From positions 992,001 to 1,056,000 of the forward strand of contig CBDCFN010000016.1 of the NCBI GenBank assembly GCA_965216315.1: a DNA stretch of 64,000 bases, given 5' to 3'. Origin of the DNA: a bacterium. GTDB lineage: Bacteria; UBA10199; 2-02-FULL-50-16; JAJFLM01. Every line of letters begins with the position of its first letter. Within the stretch, counting starts at the first letter, position 1. The translations under genes were made by a program, and so were the position numbers. This document shows positions 9,381 through 18,799 of the stretch, in pieces. The notes beneath the pieces were generated by a model. That model had not been told where the DNA came from and ran no database searches. It saw only the letters and a program-made list of their open reading frames with translations.

Positions 9381-10372
9381 TATTTAGCTAAATACTTGTA
9401 TTCGACGAACCAATCATAGGCTGTTTGAATTGCTTGCTGTGCGGAAGCGGGCTGGTAATCAAGCTCTTTGCGGGCCTTGTCGGAACTGACATAATGACCG
9501 ATGCGACCGATACGCATGACATGATTGTTAATGTCGGCGAAAGTATGGGGCCAAATGCGGCCGAGTAAACCGCCTAAGAATCCTACCGGCCAAGTCAAGC
9601 GCGGGTCGAGAGGCAGCTTAGGTGTTTTTGCTTTCGTGATGGTCGCCATGAGTTTCATGATATCCAGATAAGTCAGATTGTCTCCCCCGAGTATATAGCG
9701 TTCACCTGTCTTACCTTTTATTAAGGCATTGATGTGGCCATCGACGACGGCATCGACCGGGGCGAGAGAAATGCCACCAAGCGGATAAACGGGGACCTTG
9801 CCCTTGGCGATCATGATCAGCATGCGGCCGCTCGTTGGACGAATATCCCAGGGCCCGATGATATAACCGGGGTTGACGACCACCGCATCTAATGAATGGT
9901 TGCGGACGGCTTGCAAGACGACTTGTTCGCCTTCATATTTCGAATCACAGTAGGGATTATTGAGGTCTTTAAAATTCCACTCGCTGTTTTCTGTCGCCGG
10001 ATTATCGGGTGAGCCGTAACCGATTGCTGCAATAGAGCTGGTATGGACGAGACGTTTGACGCCGGCATCGAGGCAGGCGGTCACGATGTGGCGGACTCCC
10101 TCGACGTTGATGCTCTCGGTATGGTGACGGACAAAAGGGCTGATATTGACATAGCCGGCGACGTGAAAAACGACTTCACAGCCATCCACTGCCGAACGGA
10201 GCGTGCTGGGCTTCGTGATGTCACCATAGGCTTTTTCCAAAGGCAGCCCATCTAAGGGCCAGGTCTGGCTGCTCTTGCGGAGCAGGATACGAACATCATG
10301 TCCTGCTTTAATGAGACGTCGGACGAGATTGATGCCGACAAGCCCCGTAGCGCCGGTAACGAGTATTTTCAT
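9380..10372 (-). CDS. NAD-dependent epimerase/dehydratase (HpnA/dihydroflavonol reductase-like)
   Basis: ILVTGATGLVG, HTSSIAA, YCDSK (YxxxK), VNPGYIIGPWD. Confidence 0.9.
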   Translation of the reverse strand: MKILVTGATGLVGINLVRRLIKAGHDVRILLRKSSQTWPLDGLPLEKAYGDITKPSTLRSAVDGCEVVFHVAGYVNISPFVRHHTESINVEGVRHIVTACLDAGVKRLVHTSSIAAIGYGSPDNPATENSEWNFKDLNNPYCDSKYEGEQVVLQAVRNHSLDAVVVNPGYIIGPWDIRPTSGRMLIMIAKGKVPVYPLGGISLAPVDAVVDGHINALIKGKTGERYILGGDNLTYLDIMKLMATITKAKTPKLPLDPRLTWPVGFLGGLLGRIWPHTFADINNHVMRIGRIGHYVSSDKARKELDYQPASAQQAIQTAYDWFVEYKYLAK

Positions 10373-10415
10373 CGTGATTTCCTGAAGGAGCTATTACCGC
10401 GTTGCCTGACGATAA

Positions 10416-11384
10416 TCAATGTTCTATCTTGTCCAAGAGCGCATCGATCTGTGCGAGCCTGGCTTCAAGTCTGTTATATGTCTTGGAGAGGTACAGCCGT
10501 GCTTCATAGCCACGATCGGTTTGGGTGGCCACGTCGCGGGCGATTTCTTGAAACTCGCGCGCGTCGATAAGCCTAATGAGTTCAGCAAAGGCGGCACCAT
10601 AAAGATCCCGGTAATAAACAAAGCGCAGCTCACGAGGGGCCATGGCGTCCAATCCGCCCAAGAATTGGCGGGTCGCAGCGACAATGGAGTTGAGATAAAT
10701 CGAAATGACTCTGACTTGCTCGGGGCTATTCCGCGGCTGTGCGGCGTTGATATCATCAAAGTAAGTTTGGCCTTCATCGATCAGTCCCCGCAATAATGCA
10801 ATGAAGGTTCGGGCAAATAGCGCGCCAAAGGCATTCACTTCAGGATTATCTTTCAGGCGATAATATTGATTTAAACTATAGACCGTCATTGTTGGCGAGT
10901 CCTTGAGTTGATGTGGCTGCTGAGTAGCCGCCAAGGCAACTCTCTTGCGTGTGGGCGGTGTACGTAAAGTCGCTACAAAGACATCAAGCGCCCCGCGCCA
11001 TGAGGGCTGGTCCAGGTCAAGCAGGGCATGCAGTTCATTTAACTGACCGAAGGGGCGATACCGGTAAGACCATTCCAGCGCAAAGCGCCGGCTGAAACGA
11101 CTTGCTAGCAGGACCGCCCCGACTCCCAAAACTATAATTGTTGCGGGCCCCAAAGAATCATCAGTACAGCCGGCACTGCCGGCTGCCAATGCGGTTAGTG
11201 TTGTGCGCGTGGCTACCGATGAACGTATCTCGTGGAGAGAACAATCAGGGAGAATTGTAGCGTGAGGTTCTATTTGTGTTGAGTCAACACGAGTAGAGTT
11301 TTCCGAAAGGGAGGTATTAGAACGTATGGCTGCCAAGAGTAATCCTGGTTGGCAGAAACTTAGTATGTGAGATGAAGCGATCAT
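10416..11384 (-). CDS. Orphan protein with one predicted TM segment
   Basis: 322-aa ORF; hydrophobic ATIIVLGVGAVLLA; S/T-rich N-terminus. Confidence 0.6.
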   Translation of the reverse strand: MIASSHILSFCQPGLLLAAIRSNTSLSENSTRVDSTQIEPHATILPDCSLHEIRSSVATRTTLTALAAGSAGCTDDSLGPATIIVLGVGAVLLASRFSRRFALEWSYRYRPFGQLNELHALLDLDQPSWRGALDVFVATLRTPPTRKRVALAATQQPHQLKDSPTMTVYSLNQYYRLKDNPEVNAFGALFARTFIALLRGLIDEGQTYFDDINAAQPRNSPEQVRVISIYLNSIVAATRQFLGGLDAMAPRELRFVYYRDLYGAAFAELIRLIDAREFQEIARDVATQTDRGYEARLYLSKTYNRLEARLAQIDALLDKIEH

Positions 11385-11441
11385 TTACAACCTCGCTCCC
11401 ATGACCATGACATGACACCCCGTACAGCACCTGACTATGGT

Positions 11442-11468
11442 TCTTCGGCTAGGTGTCCAGCAGGTTGC
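11442..11468 (-). promoter_or_regulatory. Putative alternative-sigma promoter GCAAC-N14-GCCGAAGA
   Basis: Same spacing; upstream of orphan 10416-11384. Confidence 0.55.
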
Positions 11469-11515
11469 GTAATTTATTGAGATTATATGCGTGTCTTGCC
11501 GCTGGGCCAGATGTT

Positions 11516-11914
11516 CTATTCTTGGGAGCAGACGAGAAGCTTTAAAGCATCTTCAAATTGGACTTCGATCTTATCATCGATGGCCAGCCGCATGACAACG
11601 CCTTTGCCGAAGGTCTCATGGTCGATAAGGTCCCCCTCTTCAAAACTTTTATCCATGGCGTATGGTTTCGCGGCGCCATCTGTCTTAGCGAGGGCTTCTT
11701 TCCAAATTTCAGCTTCCGACGGGGTCGTTTTCTTTTTAGTCACCGCATCAGGGTCTCTGTAATTGTGTTTCGCGGAGCACGTCTTGCATTGGCACTTCCC
11801 GACTGTTGTGTCATTTTTCATGTCAATAATGACGTGGGCGAGAGCTAATTTGCATTTTCCACAATACGAAAGGACCTCTTTGCCCACTCCAAGTTCTTCT
11901 TTTTTAGTGCTCAT
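11516..11914 (-). CDS. Hypothetical protein with Zn-ribbon (CxxC...CxCxxC)
   Basis: CGKC, CQCKTC, C-terminal GDLIDHETFGKGVV. Confidence 0.8.
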   Translation of the reverse strand: MSTKKEELGVGKEVLSYCGKCKLALAHVIIDMKNDTTVGKCQCKTCSAKHNYRDPDAVTKKKTTPSEAEIWKEALAKTDGAAKPYAMDKSFEEGDLIDHETFGKGVVMRLAIDDKIEVQFEDALKLLVCSQE

Positions 11915-12089
11915 CAGTAGGACCTCTGGATAATAACGTTCATTTTATTAATAAATTTATGAATGTGATTTATTCTCGGTGTAAGATTTAGACCACGATG
12001 ACTGTGTGATGGTTATAGGCCAGGTTTCATTGAATAGCAAGGAGCAATATTCATGGTCATCGCGATAGAACTTTAGTAAAATCGAGTCT

Positions 12090-12485
12090 ATGGAAACTTC
12101 TATAATGCTTGCCCGGCTGATTGCATTGCTCTATGGGGCGGTTGGTCTCGGGATGATCCTCAACCGCGCTCACTACGAAAAACTCTATCGTGCGCTCATT
12201 GAAAGTCCGGCCTTGATTTATATCAGCGGCATCATTGCGCTGCTCTTTGGGTTCTTAATCGTCAGCATCCATAACATATGGGACGTGCAATGGACGCTCT
12301 TTATTACGATCTTCGGCTGGTTGGCCTTGATCAAAGGCATCGTCATATTAGCTGCACCCAAGCTGTTAATCATTACAGCCCAATTCTTTCTTGGGAAGAG
12401 ACACTTTATGGTCTGGGAAGGGGTCTTTGCGCTCGCACTCGGACTTGTCATGGCGTACTTCGGATTTTGTCCGGCGGCTCTTTAA
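12090..12485 (+). CDS. Small integral membrane protein
   Basis: Four hydrophobic segments; HNIW and GWLALIKG motifs. Confidence 0.8.
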   Translation: METSIMLARLIALLYGAVGLGMILNRAHYEKLYRALIESPALIYISGIIALLFGFLIVSIHNIWDVQWTLFITIFGWLALIKGIVILAAPKLLIITAQFFLGKRHFMVWEGVFALALGLVMAYFGFCPAAL

Positions 12486-12492
12486 TTTATTG

Positions 12493-13569
12493 TTAGAATC
12501 GCAAGTGTTTCCAATAGTCTTTTGGATCCTCGGAGCGGGAACGGCGCAAGCGGCGTTCCAGTTCCTGTGAGTTGCTTGCAGAGAGGTTCGAGTCAGTGAT
12601 GATGTCGAGAGCTCGCTCCCGTTGTCCACTCAATTCAAGGGCCCGAATCAGGTAATAATAGCCGATGATCGAGTCACCAAATTCATCCAACAAGGCTTCG
12701 GCCTCCGAGATAACTAAATCATAGTTGGCACTGGCAAGACCACGTTGCATCGGAATTTCAATAATATCTTGATTGATGAGGGTCTCATTTGCAATTAACT
12801 CTGCCTCCAGCTCATCTTCCAGTCGATCAATTTCATCCTCGCGTTCATCTATTTTTTCCTCGATGGTTAGCGCTTCATCCAGTAAGGCCGTCTCTTCTTC
12901 GCTGTCTTCTTCGACGAATTCCAAGTCAAAATCGATATCCGTGAGTTCTTCCTCCAGTTCGTCAAGATCATCTTCCATTCGATCGATACGCGCATCTGTC
13001 CGGGTAATCAGAAAGGCCTCCTTGCGTAGTCCTATCTCGCTTGTGACATCGAATGTTGCCATCTCGTCCAGAAGATTTTCCACGTCAGCGTCGTCAATAC
13101 TTTCTAAATGAGCAGCCTCTTTTGTGAGCAAGAGGATGAGTTTTGCTTTGTAGGCGGAATAGCTGGAGGGTTCGCGTTCGATAAGTTCTTCCGCTATCTC
13201 AATGCCATCGTTGATAGACTCAAGTGATAATTTTTCGCGGTTCTTGAGCGTAAACTCTACCTGTCTTGCCAGTGTGTCCGTGCGTTGCTCACTGATAGCT
13301 ATGGGTGCCTCGGACAGCGATTCGGGTTGATTGGATGCTTCCACCTCCGCTTGTCCCGCTGGAACAGGTTTAGAGCCTTCTTGCACGTCTTTAATGTTGA
13401 CTAATAGTTCGTGCCAAGGGACAGGCTTCTTTTTGCCCGCTTCGCTTAACTGTAGCTTCAGTTGCAGTGCGACGGTTTCCTTCTGTTTTGTGTAATAAAG
13501 ATAGGCCAAAGCGCCAGTGAGGCTGACTAAGACAAGAAACAGAACATAAGCGATACTTTTTTTCTTCAT
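12493..13569 (-). CDS. Membrane-anchored acidic coiled-coil/TPR-like protein
   Basis: MKKK plus N-terminal TM; long D/E-rich helical tract; directly downstream of the kinase-sigma54 gene. Confidence 0.7.
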   Translation of the reverse strand: MKKKSIAYVLFLVLVSLTGALAYLYYTKQKETVALQLKLQLSEAGKKKPVPWHELLVNIKDVQEGSKPVPAGQAEVEASNQPESLSEAPIAISEQRTDTLARQVEFTLKNREKLSLESINDGIEIAEELIEREPSSYSAYKAKLILLLTKEAAHLESIDDADVENLLDEMATFDVTSEIGLRKEAFLITRTDARIDRMEDDLDELEEELTDIDFDLEFVEEDSEEETALLDEALTIEEKIDEREDEIDRLEDELEAELIANETLINQDIIEIPMQRGLASANYDLVISEAEALLDEFGDSIIGYYYLIRALELSGQRERALDIITDSNLSASNSQELERRLRRSRSEDPKDYWKHLRF

Positions 13570-13643
13570 GGGCGGACCCCCGCAGCTTAGTATCCTTTTT
13601 ATAGCCGCAAGTTTTGCATAGAGTTGCTTCACATGTAAACTAC

Positions 13644-16600
13644 TCATTTAGCTCTCTTAATCATCTTATAAAAATACCCCGGGCTGACACCGAGTTGTTC
13701 GATGGCTTGATAGGGTTTGTCATTGCAGGTCTTGAGTGCGGCTTGAAATATTTCCGGGATATAGTCGGCGATTTTCTTACCCTTGGAATAGACAAAGGGG
13801 CTTGAGAATAAGGGATTATTTTTGTCGTTCAAGTCCCATTCTTTTACCTTCTTATACATGGTCGTGGCAGCAAGGCCGAGGGAGGTTGCGGTTGCCTTGA
13901 TCTGGTAGTTATGTTCCGCCAGAGCCTTCGCGATAATAACACGTTCATAATCCGCCCACTGCAGCTGCGAGTCGTAGTGATTGTGGGTATCAATTCTAAC
14001 CGTTGAGGTGGGGCTCGGAGCTACAGATGTCGTGCCGGCAGGTCGTACGTCTGACGCTGGGTTTTGCATGAAACGACTTAGTGGATGCGTCCTTGGAATA
14101 GCTGTCGTATCAATGACGCCTTTTTCGGACAAGGCGATCGTGACTTTGATCAGATTTTCGAGTTCGCGAATATTTCCCGGCCAGGGATATTCAATTAAAG
14201 TCTTCATTAGAGCGGAGACGACGCGTACTTTCTTATCGCCTTTCTCTAAGGAGATAAAATGGTCGATGAGAAGGGGAATATCCTCGGGGCGATCACGGAG
14301 TGCGGGGAGATCCAGTCGGATTTGGCAGAGTCGGTAAAAGAGGTCTTCGCGGAACTGCTCCTGTCTGACAAGCTCTTCCAGGTCTTGGTTGGAGGCAGAG
14401 ACGATACGGATATCGGCTTGCAAAACTTTTGTGTCGCCTACCCGCCGGAATTCACCTTCTTGAAGTAGGCGCAGGAGTTTGACTTGAAGCATTAAATCCA
14501 ACTCTGCAATTTCATCTAAGAAAAGGGTGCCGCCGTGAGCCTCCTCGACAAGGCCTTTTTTGTCGCGGGAGGCGCCGGTAAATGCGCCGGCCTTCACACC
14601 AAACAATTCACTTTCCATGAGGTTCTCCGGAATCGCACCGCAATTGACAGCGACGAAGGACTTATTGCTTCGCGTGCTGTGTCGATGCAACGCTCTGGCG
14701 ATGAGTTCTTTACCCGTGCCGGATTCTCCGTGGATGTAGACTGCGAGATCTGTGTCGGCAATTTTATCCATCAGCGAAAACAGCTCTTTCATCGCTTTGG
14801 AACGTCCGATAATGCCGTCGACTTCATAGTGAGATAGAGATTGGAGTTCAGGAAGCAGTGCCTGGTAGTGTTCGAGTTTACCGCTCATCTCGACGATTTG
14901 CGCCTCAAGATTGCTATGCGAGGCTTTTACTTGCGATAAAGTTTTGGCGTTAGCGATGGCAATGCCTGCCTGGTCGGCAAAAGCACTCATGACTTCCATG
15001 TTGGATTCATCAAAGGCGCCTTTTTGGAGTCGGTTCTCCAGATAAAGGGCCCCGATTGTTTGCTGCTTGGATCGTATTGGCAGACAGAGTACGGCTTTAA
15101 TGTCGAGCCCCGTAATCGACGATTCCTCGGAAAAACGCTCGTCGACCTTCGCATCCTGGGTCGTGATCCATTGCCCCGTCGACATCGCGCGTTCTGCGAT
15201 CGTTCGACTGAATTCGGCGATATCTTCCGAATTTTTCAAATTAAGCGAGGCCTTTATTTCTAATTTTCCATCCTCTGAATGAAGCAGAATGAGGCCGCTT
15301 TCAGCGCTCGAAAATTCCAAGGCGTATTGAAGCACTGTTTTGAGCACAAAGTCCAAATCCGACTCGGCGTTAATAAATTGATTGATCTTGAGAATGGAGG
15401 CGTAGGGATTGCTCATGTTAGGCTCCCGGGGTTGAGGCGTCGGCTCAGGTTGCATGATTTTCATCTTGAGCTGGTTGGCTTTTCTTTCCTCGTCGGGTGA
15501 CAACGATAGGGAACTCAATGCCGAGTAAGTTTCTTCGGCGTCGAGATAGCGATTTTGGTCGAGATGCAGCTCAGTGAGGGCGTGGAGAGCCCAAAACTTG
15601 AGCGACTCCACGTGATTTTTAGCCAGTTCATGGCACTCATTCAGGTAATTAAGACTGGCTTGCCATTCTTGTTGACGCCTGGCCATGTCACCGAGCTCGA
15701 GCAGAGCACGGCAGAGTGAATGCCATTCAAACGCGGATTTTAAGGGACGGTTGCGCAAGAGACTGACGGCGAGCTCCAGGCGCATCCGTGCTTTGGCGAA
15801 CTCCTGCTGTTGTGAGTATAAGGTGCCGAGATTGACGAGCAATGCCGTTTGACCGATCAAATCTCCAATGCGCTCACAGAGGGCCAGACCTCGTTCATAA
15901 TATGCGGTACTCTCCTCTGCATTTTCAGTAATATGATAGACATTGCCGAGACCGTTATAGGCGCGCAGTAACAATTCAGAGTTTTTTATTTGTTGGGCAT
16001 AGCGCGCGGCGTTTTTGTAATGACTGATAGCTTGATCATATTCTTCGAGAACGAGGCAGGCCTCGGCGATATTGTAGTGCCCTCTCGCGATGAGTAGATT
16101 GTCCTCGATTTTTTCATAAAAGAGGAGGTCTTCTTCGAATTGGCCTAAGGCTTTTTCATATTCACGCAAGGAAAAGAAGGCCATTCCCAAGTCGTTGTTG
16201 GTAACGCGTCGTTTCTCATCGTCAGACAATTCATTCTTCCATTGCAAGTAGGTTTCCCGAAAAATTTTAATCGCTTCTTCATAGTTTCCTTCTTGTAATA
16301 GAACACGTGCCTGAAAATTTTTAAGGTTCAATTGCTTGGTGAGCGGAGCCTCCGAGCTAGTGATAAGACTTTGTGCCTTATCGAATGAGGCTTGGGCCTT
16401 TTCTGTGTTGCCCAGTTTTAGGGATAACGCCCCAATACGGATGATCGTATCGAGCTGTTCTTGTAAGGCCTCTGTTTTTTTGAGCTTCTTAAGTGATTCA
16501 CTGACTTCATCGCACGCGGCTTCGGCGGCTGCATAATCAAGCGCTAATAAGCTCGCTTCAGACAGTTTGAGTAAATACTCAATACGTTCCCGCTTAGCCG

Positions 16601-18632
16601 TCTTGGGAATCCGGGAGAGTATATGTCGAAATATCGAAATGGCCTGGATTGATTCCGCCTTTTCTAGATGTGCATTGCCCCATTGAGATGCCGTGCTGAT
16701 GGCAAGCTCCAAATTGCTGCCGCGCAATTCATGATAGGCGCGCACACCTGAATTTTCTTCATAGAGAGTGGCCAATCGATCATGCAATTGCGATCGTTCT
16801 TTTTCAGTGATTTGAGCGTAAAGAATTTCGGCAATGGAGGTGTTTTGAATGTGGTAGGTGCCGTGTTCTGTTTCTCTCTCGATGAGGTTGTGGCGCCTAA
16901 GATCTTCTAACGAAGTGGATATATCTTTTTTATCTACGAGTTTCTGCAGCTGGCTTACTGTCAGCGGTTCTTGGGTGCATGCCAGCCATTTAAGGATTTT
17001 TTGTCCTTCAGTTGACGCCCGCTTGGCGCGTGCCAGCAGTAGTTCACTCAATGCCTCGGATATCTGGACGTCACTGAAGTCAACACCGATATCCTCAAAG
17101 ACGCTTGCTTGCCAGCGTCCGTTTTCATCGAAAAGGGCTCCCGTTTCAATCAGTGAACGGAGCACTTCCGTAACGAGGAGGACATTGCCTTCGGTTCGGT
17201 TCCAGAGTTCATCCAAAAAAGTGTCGGGGGGATCCTCGACACCGGTTAGCGACGTGACATAAGCGGCGACTTCACGTCGGGTGAAGGCCTTTAGTTGAAT
17301 GGGAATCGCATCCGGTTCCGAGAGTATTTCGCTGATTGTCTCAGAGAGTTCATCAGGGGTATCGCACGCCGCGATGATAAGAATGCCGTGTTCTCGTCTC
17401 GTATCTGACTTCAATCGCAAGAGCAGGGCGCTGAGCGTTCGCTGTATTTCCGAGAGCTCACATAACTGGTTGATGTCATCGATAAAGAGGGCCAGTGGTC
17501 TTTTGTCATTCAGGGCCTCTTCGCGGACCTGTTCGCACCAGTGGAGTAATGTGGCGACAGAGTTCTCTTCCGGTTGCCAGCCCGGAATGCCGCTTAGTTC
17601 GCATTCATAACGCATCTCTTTAAGGAAGCGTGTCTTGCCGGTCCCGCGGTCCCCCGAGACGAGGATCAAGCCATGCTTGCGTGTCTTGCGTTCAAAGAGT
17701 TGGCGGCGTTGCTCTCTAAAGAGCCGTTTTTCCTTGATGCGCCCGATAAAGCGCCCTTCGTCCGGGAGGTAAGATAAGAGCGTTTCACGGGTTTCAAGCG
17801 GTATTTTATCAGGAGAATGGGCGCTGATATCTCGAAGAATTTCATCGGCACTTTGATAACGATCGCCGCGGTTCTTCTCCAGCATCCTTAAAAGGATGCG
17901 ATCTAAGAAGGAGGGGATCTCTTTATTAAAGGAGGAGGGGAGCTCCGGTGTAAACGAAAGATGCTTTCTAAAGGTTGCTTGGATGCCTTTGTCACGAAAA
18001 GGATTCTTGCGGGTTAGGCAGTAATAAAAAAGAACGCCGAGTGAATAGATATCCGCGCGCCCATCGGGCCGTTGATGCCGAATGATTTCCGGCGCCATAT
18101 AAGAGGGGGTGCCGACGAGTTGCTCTCCGGGACTCATCGAGGCCAGTCCAAAATCAATGAGTTTTACCTGCCTGGGTGCTTGCTGGGTTACGAGCAGGTT
18201 GGCGGCTTTAACATCTAAATGAAAGATTCGGTACGAATGCAGGTAATTAAATGCGCGTAAAGCCTGAACAAATAGTTCCAAGGCCTCAAGAGGCGAGGTG
18301 TGTTCGGTGGCAGCGTAGAGGTTGACGCCGGCAACGTATTCGGAAGTGAAGTAGAATTGTTGTTTGTCGGGATCAAAACCAAAATCGAGAATGCCGGCGA
18401 TATGAGGGTGGTGGAGCTCTTTAAGAATAGCGAATTCATTTTTGAAGTCGGCAATGGCTTCCGCTTCGTCGGCGAGCGGTTGACCTCGGTTGAGCAGCTT
18501 GAGAGCGACATTTTGGCCATGGAAGCGCGTGAGGTAGACTTGGCTGAAGCTGCCTTGCCCCAGTGGTTCCTCGATCCGATAGTGACCGTCCACAATAGCG
18601 CCGGTAGCGAGTGAATCAGTAAATAGGCTCAT
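13644..18632 (-). CDS. Ser/Thr kinase - P-loop ATPase - TPR - GAF - sigma54 AAA+ activator - tandem HTH
   Basis: LGQGSFSQV/VALK/HLDVKAAN/DFG/GTPSYMAPE; GDRGTGKT; TPR helices; GAF; GESGTGKE, GAFTGA, LFLDEI, WPGNIREL; two HTH-like segments. Confidence 0.92.
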   Translation of the reverse strand: MSLFTDSLATGAIVDGHYRIEEPLGQGSFSQVYLTRFHGQNVALKLLNRGQPLADEAEAIADFKNEFAILKELHHPHIAGILDFGFDPDKQQFYFTSEYVAGVNLYAATEHTSPLEALELFVQALRAFNYLHSYRIFHLDVKAANLLVTQQAPRQVKLIDFGLASMSPGEQLVGTPSYMAPEIIRHQRPDGRADIYSLGVLFYYCLTRKNPFRDKGIQATFRKHLSFTPELPSSFNKEIPSFLDRILLRMLEKNRGDRYQSADEILRDISAHSPDKIPLETRETLLSYLPDEGRFIGRIKEKRLFREQRRQLFERKTRKHGLILVSGDRGTGKTRFLKEMRYECELSGIPGWQPEENSVATLLHWCEQVREEALNDKRPLALFIDDINQLCELSEIQRTLSALLLRLKSDTRREHGILIIAACDTPDELSETISEILSEPDAIPIQLKAFTRREVAAYVTSLTGVEDPPDTFLDELWNRTEGNVLLVTEVLRSLIETGALFDENGRWQASVFEDIGVDFSDVQISEALSELLLARAKRASTEGQKILKWLACTQEPLTVSQLQKLVDKKDISTSLEDLRRHNLIERETEHGTYHIQNTSIAEILYAQITEKERSQLHDRLATLYEENSGVRAYHELRGSNLELAISTASQWGNAHLEKAESIQAISIFRHILSRIPKTAKRERIEYLLKLSEASLLALDYAAAEAACDEVSESLKKLKKTEALQEQLDTIIRIGALSLKLGNTEKAQASFDKAQSLITSSEAPLTKQLNLKNFQARVLLQEGNYEEAIKIFRETYLQWKNELSDDEKRRVTNNDLGMAFFSLREYEKALGQFEEDLLFYEKIEDNLLIARGHYNIAEACLVLEEYDQAISHYKNAARYAQQIKNSELLLRAYNGLGNVYHITENAEESTAYYERGLALCERIGDLIGQTALLVNLGTLYSQQQEFAKARMRLELAVSLLRNRPLKSAFEWHSLCRALLELGDMARRQQEWQASLNYLNECHELAKNHVESLKFWALHALTELHLDQNRYLDAEETYSALSSLSLSPDEERKANQLKMKIMQPEPTPQPREPNMSNPYASILKINQFINAESDLDFVLKTVLQYALEFSSAESGLILLHSEDGKLEIKASLNLKNSEDIAEFSRTIAERAMSTGQWITTQDAKVDERFSEESSITGLDIKAVLCLPIRSKQQTIGALYLENRLQKGAFDESNMEVMSAFADQAGIAIANAKTLSQVKASHSNLEAQIVEMSGKLEHYQALLPELQSLSHYEVDGIIGRSKAMKELFSLMDKIADTDLAVYIHGESGTGKELIARALHRHSTRSNKSFVAVNCGAIPENLMESELFGVKAGAFTGASRDKKGLVEEAHGGTLFLDEIAELDLMLQVKLLRLLQEGEFRRVGDTKVLQADIRIVSASNQDLEELVRQEQFREDLFYRLCQIRLDLPALRDRPEDIPLLIDHFISLEKGDKKVRVVSALMKTLIEYPWPGNIRELENLIKVTIALSEKGVIDTTAIPRTHPLSRFMQNPASDVRPAGTTSVAPSPTSTVRIDTHNHYDSQLQWADYERVIIAKALAEHNYQIKATATSLGLAATTMYKKVKEWDLNDKNNPLFSSPFVYSKGKKIADYIPEIFQAALKTCNDKPYQAIEQLGVSPGYFYKMIKRAK

Positions 18633-18733
18633 TGTTCATAAAATGAAACATGTGCATTGATTGAATGCATATTATATACATAGAGCGGTTTTTAGCCTAG
18701 CGCTTAAATAACTTCTCTGTGAATACCTATTTA

Positions 18734-18746
18734 AATCAAATAGTTA
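18734..18746 (+). promoter_or_regulatory. IHF-binding site
   Basis: AATCAAATAGTTA matches WATCAANNNNTTR, just upstream of a sigma54 promoter. Confidence 0.55.
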
Positions 18747-18762
18747 CATATATGTCCTCATT

Positions 18763-18778
18763 TGGCACCCATTTTGCT
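18763..18778 (+). promoter_or_regulatory. sigma54 promoter
   Basis: TGGCAC-CCATT-TTGCT. Confidence 0.75.
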
Positions 18779-18799
18779 GTTACTCTCTCGTAAGGAGAT

